A program made the position numbers and the translations under genes. Of a stretch of 64,000 bases of DNA, positions 1 through 12,157 are shown in pieces. The stretch is from positions 7,440,001-7,504,000 of the forward strand of contig NC_081331.1 in the NCBI RefSeq assembly GCF_022539665.2, read 5' to 3'. Below the pieces are notes generated by a model. It worked only from the letters and a program-made list of their open reading frames with translations. It searched no databases and was not told where the DNA came from. Position 1 is the first letter of the stretch. Each line of letters opens with the position of its first letter. The DNA is from Daphnia carinata (taxonomy: Eukaryota).

Positions 1-3000
1 ACAGGAATATTGAATATTAGATTCAAACGGTTTCTTTTTTTCGTTACAAGACGAAAATAAAAATAAATGCACAAGACTGGATGCACTAAATCTGTTTTCA
101 CGTTTAGCCAATGATATAAAGGAAATGTCGTGAGCTCGAAACTGTTAACGATTCTAAACAAGTACGTAATAATGCACGTACATATCTGTCTTGACACCAG
201 AAACAATATGGATCTGGTTTCAGTTGCATTTAAAATCAATTGCTCATTGTCACCTGTGCATCGTGGTTGGCTTCATGTATCCCACTGTCCTTTTATTCTT
301 TTTTCTTTAAAAAAAAATTAAATCAAAGCAGAGAAGAGCCCTTTACCTCACCGAAACAGGTGTGAATGTATTCACACCCGTTGACCATTCTTTTCGATGA
401 AGTATGCCTTTCTCAACTTTTTATTTTTTTCGTTTTGTCCAGTCGAAATTTTCTTTCAAACGAAGGTCCCGATAGCGAAGAAAAAAAAATATTTCGAGTC
501 CTCTTTTTTGTGATTCCCTTATGGCCTCGCCCTCCTGTGGATTGCTGGATATGCCTCATTTGCACCTGTGCGCCCAGTGGAGCCTAACCTCCAGATACTG
601 AGATAGCGGAAGGTCACCTTTAGGTTTAATTTTAGTACTTTTTGAAATGATGTGCCACTGACTTTTTAATATGCTTTTTTGCTACAAATCGTTTCTGCAT
701 TTGAATAGCCCGTAGTCTAGTAAAAGTTTGGCGGTTTGGTTGATTTAACAAATTTTAATTTTTTTGCAGATGGAGAAGATGGAAGTTTTGAAAGAGTAAA
801 TAACTATTCAGAAACTTGCATTTTCTGCAGGTGCAAATGCTAGATACCCCTTTTATTTGGAGCTGTCTCTAAATTTTTTTACCACTCTATCCCCCTCCCC
901 TTCTTTTTCTAATTGTGTTAATTATGTCAGCAGACAGCTTCTGGCTTCTGCGTTTTAAAAAAAGTTTGCAGAAAACCAATTAATCCCTTTCAGTTTTTAG
1001 TTTTCGCAAAATGGTGCTTTATATGAAACAAAAATGGCCTTTGTTCTTCGATAGCAAGAAATGAACTGCTTATAGTTTTCCAATAACAGTGAAAAACTGT
1101 CCATTTAAGGTTACATTACCGCCCGGCTGTTTCCAATTGTTTTTCACATTTATTCACAGCAAATGTAAATGGGACTTAGCAGTGACTTTCAACTTCCATA
1201 TATTTCGTCATTGATTCTAATGGACACAAAGGTAAGCATGGGTCTTTTTGTTCTACTATTTAGGTGATTTTTCATAACAATGTAAATTATCCACATCGGG
1301 TCTGCTACTGTGCATCACAAAGCTGATAGATTTCACCATACTACTAAAGTATCGCTCGTTAAGTCGTATCCTATAACGCCTCTGCACCTGAGTTCAACGC
1401 AATTCATATCGCATCACACTTTCAGGTCGCCAAATTGCTCATGCATACAAAACCAGCTCGTCTGATATTTTTTCCAACGCACATCTTTACTATACTTTCC
1501 CGTAAACCGCCATTTTTTTCACACCACTCTGTGCCGCAAAGCCGTCAACCCCCCCTTAAGCTTTCCAGATTCATCCCCACCAACAAAACCTAAAGCTATC
1601 TAAAAAAAAAAAAGAAAAAGAAAAACGACCAGCCTATCACCATTTCAGCCAACCCCTGAGCCGATTGAACCACAATGCCCCAAGTGATTCATCGGTCGAA
1701 ACCCTTCAGAGAGTCAAAAGCTGGAAATACTATGACTAATTTCAAGCTAAATTGTAGGAAAAACTGGAAATATCCAAATAAAAAAAAACACGTCGTATTT
1801 GTTAAATAATAATAATGGAAAAAATAAAGCAAATAATTATTCCTAATATTATTTTAGGGAAAACTGTTACCACAGAAATTATTATTTCGGCCGTCTTACG
1901 TGAAGTACTTGTTAACTGCTGTTTGGGGGTTTTGTAAGACAAAAAGTAGCGTCCAATAGAGGACAGTGATGTAGTCTACACAAGAAAGAATAACTCACAG
2001 TTACTAGTTTTGCTTTCCGGATTCGTTCATGCAGTACACCTTTTAGCCAAACACAGCCTGCGCAAAAGGCAAAAGTATTTAAGCAAATTTGTTGTATGAT
2101 TGAAATAAGATGTGTAGGGTGGTAGAAAATTGTCTGGGAAACCTTTTTTTACATTTAGAAACATATAATTTTACGAGCTTAAATTTTAGTCTATATTACA
2201 GGTGATCGATATACATGGGCTTCTAAAGTTAATTGGCGTATTTATTGGCATGTTTGGGAAACGGATAAGCAACATTATCACCCGAAAAATTCTAAGAGTG
2301 GTTCTAAAATTCACAAATCTCCTACATTAACCAACTGATGTATAGTTAAAACTTTCTATTTTAGGTAATACACCTTGAAATAGACAAATGTTTTCAGAAA
2401 AAGGTAGCTTTATATTAGATTTAGATAGTGCTACAAACTGAAATAAACATTGCTATATACATGTTTTAAACAGAAGGTAGCTTTTATTTACTATATGTGT
2501 GAAAACGGCCTATTTTAACTAATAGTGCATGGAATAGACAAATGTTACTAAATATAAGTTTTTTTTCTAAATCTGGAATTGCATATTATTTAAAATCTGC
2601 ATTCATTTTTTTACAGTGTATGTTTTCTCTACATAGACGACCTCTTTGAATCCCCCACACGACGTCCGACAAGTTCTAGGCTGCATTCCGTTATCCCTGT
2701 GCTAATGTTACAATACAAACGTCAATTTTAATCGAACAAAAGAATTAAAGGAGCGAGGGAATGAGTAGGCTTACCTCTCATCAAGAGCTTTTCATTGCAG
2801 CTAGATTTATAGATATGAACTAATAGTTTTTTTAATAATAATTAAATACGTTTTGTAACAGTGAACTGAACTTTATCAAGAGCTATCCTAAGTCTTTGTC
2901 TGGTAGCCTGAAAATGTCTGAACGAGATCAAGTTGGCTTTTTCATGAGGAAATCGGCAGAAATCACGTAAGCTATCAGCGCACCCATAACATACAAAATA

Positions 3001-3442
3001 CCATATCATACTGGCGCGACGGTTGAGACCACGTTGTAGTTATGTCCGCAGCCACAACCATACCAGTAGTCCAACCATCCCTACACAGATGTCCTGGTTT
3101 CATGTACCGTGTTCAACCATGATAAAACACTCATAGCCTACCAGAGCCTATACTGCCAGAAAAACGAATGAGTGCAAGTTTTCCCACGAGACAGTTATCT
3201 TTGCCATCAGCATTTCAGCAGACGACAGACTGTTGTTTTCCGCGAGTGGGACATTGATTGTTCGAAGGAGGTTTTACGCTACGAATTGCCGTAGAGGATT
3301 TAGAAGTAACAACTGTTTAAAACCAAATCAAGGTTTGTGTTTGGGAAATAAAGCTATGTATTTTAAGTGATTGACACAACTATTAGTTAAATAATTTTAG
3401 ACCTTCTGTACATAAAAAATAAACAAAAACCAAGTACGTTCC

Positions 3443-4339
3443 ATGGCTGGAAGAGGAAGAGGCCGTGGGCAAAACGTGTCTTTTAACATCGAACAATTAG
3501 GATTCGGTAGAGGCGAAGCAGTGCCTATATCTGTCACCCAGCCCCCTCCACTTTTTCCCACTTTAGGTATAAGAGCCTCCTTTTTTTCTCAAAACCCATA
3601 TTAATTTACCATAGAAAAACCAATATTTAAACACAATTATTGCCACTGCATGTAAACTGTTCATTTATGACCCAGAAAACAGGCCTCTTCCACTAATTAA
3701 AGATGTTGAGTATGAATACATACTTGTAACTCAAAAAGATTTGAACACAAGAATGAGAAATTCATCATTCCACTTGAATACAGCAATAGAGATCAAAGAA
3801 ATTCAGCAATACTCTGACAAGTAACAAATAGGAAAAATGTGAAAAGCTGTTGAGGAACTAATTATGTAACTCTTAATGGCAGAATCCACAACCCATCTTA
3901 TGAAAAGGAATTACCTGTTCTCTGGAATCGGATGCCAACTGAGCTGAAGAAAGTTATTGCAAAGAGATTAACTTTAACAAAATTGAAAACTGTAAAAAGT
4001 GGTAAAAAGAAAAAAATTGAAGACCCTGATAAAATATTTGCCAAACTGGAGAAAAAAGAAATAGTTGAAAGTGAAGGTGAAGGTATGTGTGGTTTGACAA
4101 CCAACCTTTATTTAAAAATTGGTAATTTGCAGTTGTTCATTCGTTATGCTTTAGATGGAAAGGAAGATGATGAAAAGGATAATACTGATGATGAGAAAGT
4201 GGAAATGGAAGATGAAATTGAGGATGATATAGATGAAGAAATGGATGAAGGAACAGATTATGCTAGAGATTATTTTGACAATGGAGAAGGATATCTGGAT
4301 GAAGATGACAATCTTGATGAAGGAGAAGCACAGTTTTAG
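3443..4339 (+). CDS. POLR3G: RNA polymerase III subunit RPC7/C31 (POLR3G/POLR3GL-like), 4 coding exons
   Basis: Exons 3443-3566, 3676-3820, 3883-4082, 4155-4339 join in frame at GT-AG sites. The protein begins MAGRGRGRGQNVSFNIEQLGFGRGEAVPISVTQPPPLFP and has an acidic tail ending DYARDYFDNGEGYLDEDDNLDEGEAQF, both hallmarks of RPC31-family proteins. Confidence 0.9.
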
Positions 4340-4355
4340 GATTTCAAGTGATTTT

Positions 4356-4746
4356 TCATGCAAAATCAAGCAACTGGAATAAATTATTGTTTTGTTAATT
4401 TTATTGTTGGTCTTCATTCTTACTATAAATGTTCTTACTAGCTGAGGGATTATTTTTTCAATGTGGTCTAAGTTGACATCTTTTACTCCTTCATTATGAG
4501 CTTGGTTTATGGTACGCCACAGAATTTCATCAACAAATCTTAGTGCAATTTCGTTCACAGCAGTTACCACTTCACTCCCAATTCTTATCTTTTGATCTGC
4601 AGTGTTCATTTTAATGATTTCATGAATCAAACCCTATCGAAAACAGTTCAGAAAAATTGAACGAAGTATTCAACGAAGAAAGAAAATACCTCTTTAAACT
4701 TAGTTGACGATTTCTTTCTTTCAAACACTTGCAAGTAAGTGTCCAT
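4356..4746 (-). CDS. CENPX: Centromere protein X (MHF2/STRA13), histone-fold protein, 3 coding exons
   Basis: Exons 4746-4690, 4633-4439, 4373-4356 with GT-AG introns. Translation MDTYLQVFERKKSSTKFKE/GLIHEIIKM...KIRIGSEVVTAVNEIALRFVDEILWRT...VNLDHIEKIIPQL/LLDFA*. The C-terminal EK..PQLLLDF is the CENP-X signature. Confidence 0.88.
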
Positions 4747-5842
4747 GTTACTCTTATTTAAAGTTTAAGAGTCAGAGTAAAATGCGGAGGCGGACCGCGG
4801 ACTGGATAACCTGCGGACTGGCCCCCAACTAACACTTCTTTTTAATGCAATGTATTTTAATTATGAAAGGAATCAAATAGTTTACGACAGTAAGTCAAAT
4901 AAGAAAAACGGCGGTTATTATAACAAAAAGAAATTGCTGACTAGATAACAACTTCGTTAAAAAGGCAGTATACTACCATCTCTCACTTTTGTCAAGAATG
5001 TTTTAATTAGCATACAAAGATTCTTCATAACGAATCAAATTTATTCACACCTAGCTTATGGTAGTGATAACGAGGTCTTGAACAAACTTGAAAAATAAGG
5101 CTATCATTACGTTTTTAATGGTAAAAGAAAGAGGGATTAACAAATACGGTTATGTAAATTGGTCTTTCGCTTTTACTCTCAGATACAAAATTACAGCAAA
5201 TTGTCGACATTTTCAAAATAGAAATACAATTTTCAAGTACTGAAAAATTAAAAGTCACTTTGCAGTGCACAAAAAATTTGTTTTTGTTTTCAGTTTTTTG
5301 AATTAATCAATACGTTCTCTACTCGATACAGTCAGCAGTTAAGCATCTCAAAAGAATCAGCAGCGTCTTCTTTAGACAAGACTCATTTGTTTACTTATTT
5401 TTACGATCGAGTTTAAAAACTAAATAAACCGAATAACCAGATAAACTTAAACTAGATATTTGGGAAACTAAATACGCAACTATAGTTGAAATATACCATC
5501 ACGGCTTGTGCAATGCTTTTGCATGAAAAACAAAAGCGCCCAGCAAACAAAACGCCGTAACATACTTGCGCGACAGCCAATAACAGGTTGAAACTCAAGC
5601 AATATTAATGTTTCTAATTTCTTTAAATATAATTTGGTTCGATCTGCCTTATTCAGTTAAATTTGATACAAAAAATAGTTACACATTATTGCTTACAGAA
5701 GAAAATGGAGTAATAGTTCTCATGTCGTGACCGGTTTTAAGAGTCTTAACCTTGATTTCTTAACATTAACCATATAAATAGGCAATTACTCGGTCTTGAC
5801 ACAGTTTGTATTATCTAATACATTTTAGATTTCGCACAAAAA

Positions 5843-7329
5843 CTACTCATCATCCGAGTCGGCGAGTATTTCCTGGAACATATCTCGGCCACCTTTTTTT
5901 CCAGTTCCTATATTCTTGTTCTTTTTTTTCTTCTCTTTCTTCTTTTTCTTCCCATCATCGATTCTTTGGTTCATTACCTCGTTTGCTATTTGTGTGGGAT
6001 TTTTGTCCTCAAAAACTTCTTCGTCAAGCGCGTCTATATCACACAAGTCTCCTGTAGGTTGTCTGGCTGCCAGTGACAACTTCTGTTCGATTTTTTGGCG
6101 GTACTTTAACCCTGTTTGTAAGTTCAACATTCGGCGGTACTGAAATAAAAAGAATACCAAAACGGTTTAATTATATGAAAATCCACGATGGGAAAAATTA
6201 TTATTAAAACATATTACAGCATTCGGCGTTACGTAATTTGGATTTTCCCAAATAGTTTCTCCACCAAAACTTCCATCAAAAACTTTTATGGGGTTCAAAA
6301 CAAATCGCGGACCTACATACAATCTAGAATGTATTTTAGAATCTATATGTATAAAAAAATATGAAGACCTATTTCTGCAAGCTGTCCATCCTCTTCAAGG
6401 ATTTGAAAGTTGCGGAACCAAATGCGGTTTTCAATAATAGTGAAGGTAAACACATGGTCAAAGAAAGGTTGACTTTTAGGATGATTTTTAGGGGTAGAAA
6501 AGATCTACAAATAAAATGGAAAATGAGAAAACGCTACACAGTTTTCAATACAATTTAAAAATATTGCCTGTGTCATTAGCTCTTTTAATAAAGACCAGTA
6601 TGGTTGTGTGTCAAAACTGGAATCAAATGACAACAATGGTCTTGTGCCCTTTAGGCAATTTCCTGTCATCTTGAGTTCTTTCATTGTGTGCACTAGAATG
6701 AACAATGTTATTGCAGCCCAAAATTATTTTTTATACGGCAATAATTCATTTACCATTTTCTATGTAAAATTTAGCACTTGGGCCTTTGGGAACATTCGCA
6801 AGCCATAGAAATAAATCCTGTTTCTTTCTTCCTTCAAAAAATATGCACTTATTGCAATTCTTCATTTCACAGATCTAGAAATAATTTAAATGAGATTTTT
6901 TGAATGAATTTAATGACGTATAAAGGGCAGACTTACTTCATTGATCACAAATAAGGGATCCTTCCTTTCAAATTTGCTTTCTGTTTTCGAGTGTGGCATC
7001 ATATCCCGTAGATCCACCATTAAATGTCGATCTCTCTGTGTTATTCCACGTGCAGCAAAGACAAGGACTCGTTGCTTATTTATCCATTTAGCCTATATAA
7101 AACACAGGTGATTAGAATGTGAAAGGAGCTTCCATTTATGAGGAAGATTTGTTTGAACTACTTAATGTGAAGAGCGAGTGAAAATTGTTGCAAGTCAACA
7201 TTAGTTGTTAAAAATTATTACCTTTTTCGTCAAGGGCTCGTCCGAAGTTCGTACCAATGGTAAAATGTTTTCTTCTTGTTTTGGCTTCTCAGCTTCGAGA
7301 GAAATCGTAGTTCTCTTTCTTTTAACCAT
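5843..7329 (-). CDS. BRIX1: Ribosome biogenesis protein BRX1 (Brix domain), 7 coding exons
   Basis: Exons 7329-7222, 7092-6937, 6874-6754, 6692-6568, 6504-6369, 6312-6218, 6139-5843. They read KWINKQRVLVFAARGI..RHLM, ICEMKNCNKC, ELKMTGNCLKGTRPLLSFD, IFSTPKNHPKSQPFFDHVFTF, RIWFRNFQI, EIGPRFVLNPIKVFDGSFGG, matching BRX1 motifs. Confidence 0.93.
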
Positions 7330-7394
7330 TTTTTAAATTCCCGAGCGTCAAGTACACGTATAAATTTAGTGACAGACAGAAAAGATGTGCGGAC

Positions 7395-7400
7395 CACGTG
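7395..7400. promoter_or_regulatory. Canonical E-box (CACGTG) just upstream of the BRIX1 start codon; candidate Myc/Max site
   Basis: CACGTG lies 66 bp upstream of the BRIX1 ATG. TSS-proximal E-boxes are typical of Myc-regulated ribosome-biogenesis genes; function here is inferred. Confidence 0.45.
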
Positions 7401-7486
7401 TAAAGTCAGACGACAGTCGCCCTCTCTATATTTTATTAAGGTGCGTTCGTTGAAAACTTAGCATCGGCGCTACCGTATGCCAGAGC

Positions 7487-7589
7487 CAGAGTCATAGAAA
7501 CCTTTTGGTTTCTTGGGTTTTTTTTTCTTTTGGTTTCTTTTGGTTTCTTTTTAGGTTTCTTTTGGTTTCTTTTGGTTTCTATGACTCTG
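7487..7589. mobile_element. 103-bp MITE, P/Galileo-like termini
   Basis: Perfect 16-bp TIRs CAGAGTCATAGAAACC (7487-7502) and GGTTTCTATGACTCTG (7574-7589). 7-bp direct flanks CCAGAGC (7480-7486, 7590-7596). The interior is made of TTTGGTTTCT-like repeats. Confidence 0.85.
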
Positions 7590-9647
7590 CCAGAGCTGGT
7601 GGAATTTTAGGGTTCGACCCCGAACCCTAAACCCCCAAAAACCACATTGGTCTACCCAAAAAATGGCCGATCGGTAGCGACCCGAGAAGGTACTTTTCAA
7701 GCGGTTCGGTGCGATGAATCCGGAGTAATCGGGTACGATCCGCCGTCATGTTGAAAAATAGCGGCTGTAATGGTGCGAAAATTAAATAACAACTTTACAA
7801 GTAATTCTTTCTTCAAAAAAATCAAAAGGAAGGGAAAGCTATATGACAGCGAAAAACACCGTACGAATTCATCGGGACAGCAAAGGCCAATTTCAGCCCG
7901 AAAGAGTAGAGTATAAGATAAGAGTATTTCAGATGAAAGTATAGTAGGCATCACAATTGAGTTGGATGAAACTGTTGAAAAAGGTGTCAAAAGTGATTCT
8001 AGAATGGATTCCTCCACACCTAAAGGTATTTTATTTTCTGATTCCAAAACCAGTGTTTAGTTTAAAATTTAAAACAGGTTCATCGACATCTGTGGATTGT
8101 GAGAGTGAACTCGCTGTAAGTCACTGTACAAAGATTAAGAAAAAAAGTATTGGGTTTGGTCACACTTTGATCAAATGAGGAACTCAAATTCAAGCAGATG
8201 CAACTCTTGCCAGAGTATTTTGTCATCAGTGGAATTGGCCCCATGTGTAAGCACTGTCCCGTACTAGTGAAAGCCAATCAAAGCATTTTGGCTTAATAGC
8301 AAGAGAAGAATCATCAAGCCATAATAGGTAATACCTATTATTTACTAGTAATATGTTTAGGCCTATAGCTTTAAGAAATCTAATGAATTATACAGATTAG
8401 AATTCTAGTTTCCTATACTCATGGCAGCCAACTCTATTGACCCAATGTGCAAAATGCAATATTTTATCTGTAATGGATGGAGTTGTGGAGGTGGGATGAC
8501 AGCACATCTATGACGGACACCCTCTGTAAGCGATGACAACCTGATAATAACTCATGTTATGCCAGCAAAAGTGATGTATTATTCAATGAAACTTAAATTT
8601 TTTTTCTGTGAATACAGCGTTCTTGGAAGGAGTAAGACTCATCCCAGCAGGTTGTCAGCTTTCAGCTAGTGAATACTACTGTTATTAGAAGCGAAAATTA
8701 TGGGAATGTATACAAAAATAACACTGATACAAAATAAAAAATTGATAATGATTAAATCACCATGTTTTTCTTATCTTCCTCAAAGCCCAATGAGCCCCGT
8801 AGGGCTGACAGCCGTCATTTAGTTGTTTCTTGTCATACATAAATCATTCTTCCATTCCATTCAACACATTCACACATCTATAGGAATGCCAGGCATTTGA
8901 AGGCAGTTTTTCGACAACAGAATATATGATCCTTTAGGGCAGGATTCAAATTTTAAAGCTTTATGCACATTGTTTTTTGCGTACCTTTCTGAATTTTAAC
9001 CTGATTGTATGTTCTGTTACTAATTGAAAATTGTAGAAAGGCTTCAGCGAATTTTGATACGGTTAGACTCCTTAATAATCAGAGCCAGAAGGCGAACGGA
9101 GGGGCGCCATCGCCGGGGAAAAACCGTACTTATGGCGTTCGGTTGACTTCTAAACAAAATCGCTATCTGAAAATAACATAGAGCCCCCGACGTAAAATTT
9201 GTCAAAAATAGTGTTACACAACCTAGTAATTTATTTAACGTTTTAAAATTGTTATTTAAAATGAAATATGTTATTTAAAAATATTTTGTTTCCCGGCTTC
9301 CACCTCCACCTAACGAACGTAAACTTCTGTAATGGCGTGTGGTACCGCCCAAATTTTTTTCTTTATTTATCTTTCATTTTGATTAATATATGACACTTTC
9401 TGGGATAAAGTTATATTGAACTATATGTCATTACACACGTATAATCGAATTTCGACGTAGGATTTTGTACCAATTCGGCAGTTTTGCAAAATTTGGTCGG
9501 GATTTTGTCATTGGTTCTGTAAGTTTAGAAAAACAAAATAATAAAGTCATCATATGTTTGCCTCTTAAAAGTCTTCGATTAAAACAAGGATTGTGGTGAG
9601 TGACAAGTTATTCTAGTTGATAAATGCCTTGTTATTATTTTTTGTTT

Positions 9648-10410
9648 TCAAAGTAGGTTTTCTTTTTCTAGACTGGAGAAACGACACATGTATTTTGGTG
9701 TGGAGGGAAACAGCACGTACTTGACTGGTGTCGTTTGCTGCTTGATGGGTGACACGATAGTCATCCGTCGTCGAATTTGGCGCATTGTCCATATGCCTTT
9801 CTTCTTCTGGTCACTGCTGTTCGGACGAACCTCTGAATGTGCTTGAGAAGTTTGCGATGATGGCGAATAGATTGGCTCTTTATTGGCTGCTCCATTGTTA
9901 CTTTTATCCGGAGACATTTCCCCCCTCGAAGCGGATGGTTTAAATACTTTACTCAGATCTGCTACGCTTACCATGCTGTTCTTCTTGATGCGCGTGATAC
10001 CAGTGCCCGTGGTATTACCAGTGCCCGTCTTGGTCGTAGTCCAGATACGACGCAGTCAGCGCATTTTCTCACCAACCAAATCAGCGAATCGGCCGATTTT
10101 CACTTGACCCAATCGTAACGATGGATCTTTGTTCTCCTTGGACCTTTGGGAACCGGACCTCGATCAAGGACGTTCTCTCGAAGTATCTGATGTTGCATCC
10201 TTTTTATTAAATATTTAAATTAATCAAGTTTTATTTTCAAATAGATATCGGATGAAAAGTGCATACCAATCCTAGAACCAGGAAGCTGCGGCTGCGCTGG
10301 ACTGCAACCGCGGATTAATGACTTCGTAAAGCGCTTCGTAATGATGATCGTCGGCCAGATCATCGCTTTCGCCTGGATCAACCGATTCAATCAAAAAGAG
10401 GTAAATATCT
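9648..10410 (-). pseudogene. Decayed gene of unknown family
   Basis: The frame of ORF 9648-9974 extends upstream to ~10200 (DATSDTSRERP*SRSGSQRSKENK...GEKMR*LRRIWTTTKTGTGNTTGTG) with two in-frame TGA. A further exon-like segment at ~10270-10410 has another stop. Confidence 0.4.
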
Positions 10411-10804
10411 GAAAGACGTAGCAGATAGCAACAAAAGAATGTAAACAGTAAAGAGTCATTGGTCCCGTTCATTTTGAATATTTATTGTTATTTGTTGAAT
10501 TTATATACACATTAGAGAATAAAAAATTATTTTAAAATGTTTGTTTTATTTTGTTTATTTTAAAATAAGGGTTGCAATATTTATATAAAGCATTTTGAAA
10601 TAAAAGGGGTGGATAGGAGGGTTTTTGGAAGGTTTTGGGAGGCGGGAGCTCCAGTGGAGCTTGTCAGGAGTGTCACCGGGAGCCCGCAGGGAGCCTTTTC
10701 GGAATGATATAGGCATTCCCTAGGATGTCCCGGCCGTCCCACGCAATACTCCACAGGAGCTCCCACGGCATGTTTTGTGCCGTCTGGGAGTGGGCATAAT
10801 CATA

Positions 10805-12157
10805 ATGGTAATTCCCAAGAAAGAATATCCAATGAAGACGGATCTTCAAAGTTCTACAATGAATGGATATTCTAATACCGACCAGTCACTTCCATACGGT
10901 GTTACTGCTTGCAACCCACCTTCTCCCAGCAGTGACCAAGATTGGGAACTTGAGAGTGAAGCGATTTCAGTAACGAATTTCAATTGCTATGATTCAAGTG
11001 CTAAAAAACCAGAATTCAACGCTCGGAAAAAAGAAGGAAGAATGTTTCCTCTTAATGACTTCTTAAAAAATGACAGCGATGGCGATTTTGAGCCCATCCT
11101 TTTTTCTGACGTGGCGTTACCCGGTTTAGATGAAGAAATGGTTATTCTACTATCATCAATCGTTTCTCGCGATAGTACTCCAGAAATAAAAGTCAACGGC
11201 AAGACCAAAAAGAGCTTAGAATTGGAAGAAAAAATGATGAAGCTCATGAAATCTATTATTTCCACGGAGACTAATCCAACAGATAGATGGAGAATGGTAG
11301 AAACATTGGCAAAAGTCGTTTTGGAGCATGGAATAGACCCCGATATTAAGGCGAAAATAACTGGCACCTTATACCAGATAGTGAAAACATACGAAACCAA
11401 CCCCGACGTTAAACTGGAAATGGCGAAATTAATGTCAGAGGTCATTGCTCAAGATGCTGATGAGGTACTGAAATGGAAGATTTTAAACACCCTGTTGACA
11501 ATCGCTTCTCAAGAAATAGAAACCGAAACCAAGTCACGATTGGTAACCATCCTTTCAGCAATTGCAAGGGAGGAGAAAACCCTAAAAACACAGTTAAGAA
11601 CAGCTACAGCACTGTCTAACATTGTTTATCAATATGGAAGTGATGAAACCAGAGCCAAAGTAGTGCGAATACTTTCACTATTAGTTCTTCCAGTAGAAAA
11701 GCTTGAATCTACTATAGAGTATACCCAAAAGTCACAACTTCATGATAAATTGGAAATTGTAGACGTATTCTCGAATGTAATCCAGGCTGAAAAAACAACA
11801 GAGGTTGACTTTAACGATAGAGCTGGAATTATAAACGCGTTATTAGACGTGACTCGAGAAGAGAAAGCAGAGGAGGTAGCATCAGAGCTGATCAAGTTAA
11901 ACGCGTCCGTAACACCATCACAGTACTCACCCATGGAAGCGTCGATCATAGAAATTGCCTCCAAGTTGATTTCCGTAAAGAATCGTCGTAGAATGATAGA
12001 CCAAAGTGCACCAAAGGCGAAGGTTGAAGAAAAATTGCAAACAACAAAGGTACTTTCGAATATAGTCCAAGAAAATAATGCAACAGCATCGGACTTAGAC
12101 GACGAATCAGAAATGATTTCTACATTACCAGATATTCTGGATGACTTCACTCAATGA
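10805..12157 (+). CDS. Intronless uncharacterised protein with ~20-aa amphipathic helical repeats (truncated by frameshift)
   Basis: 450-codon open frame. It has a repeating E..PD.K.KI...L..IV-type pattern and no recognisable family motif. Confidence 0.6.
   Translation: MVIPKKEYPMKTDLQSSTMNGYSNTDQSLPYGVTACNPPSPSSDQDWELESEAISVTNFNCYDSSAKKPEFNARKKEGRMFPLNDFLKNDSDGDFEPILFSDVALPGLDEEMVILLSSIVSRDSTPEIKVNGKTKKSLELEEKMMKLMKSIISTETNPTDRWRMVETLAKVVLEHGIDPDIKAKITGTLYQIVKTYETNPDVKLEMAKLMSEVIAQDADEVLKWKILNTLLTIASQEIETETKSRLVTILSAIAREEKTLKTQLRTATALSNIVYQYGSDETRAKVVRILSLLVLPVEKLESTIEYTQKSQLHDKLEIVDVFSNVIQAEKTTEVDFNDRAGIINALLDVTREEKAEEVASELIKLNASVTPSQYSPMEASIIEIASKLISVKNRRRMIDQSAPKAKVEEKLQTTKVLSNIVQENNATASDLDDESEMISTLPDILDDFTQ

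Noticed and set aside
359..378. Palindrome GGTGTGAAT-GT-ATTCACACC (also AATGGAGGT...ACCTCCATT at ~20909)
   Set aside because: Isolated short hairpins with no supporting context such as a Helitron CTRR end.
1290..1745. Possible second cluster of tRNA-like boxes on the minus strand (e.g. TGGCTGAAATGG, GGTTCAATC)
   Set aside because: The motifs are too degenerate and the spacing inconsistent to separate from chance.
5843..7329. RPF2 as the identity of the Brix-domain gene
   Set aside because: Motifs such as CEMKNCNKC, ELKMTGNCLKG and HPKSQPF are specific to BRX1.
7770..9000. Coding-like fragments on both strands
   Set aside because: Multiple stops and no recognisable domain; cannot be assigned.
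10600..10790. GC-rich block ending GTGCCGTCTGGG resembling a DNA-transposon end
   Set aside because: No partner TIR or TSD found in the window.
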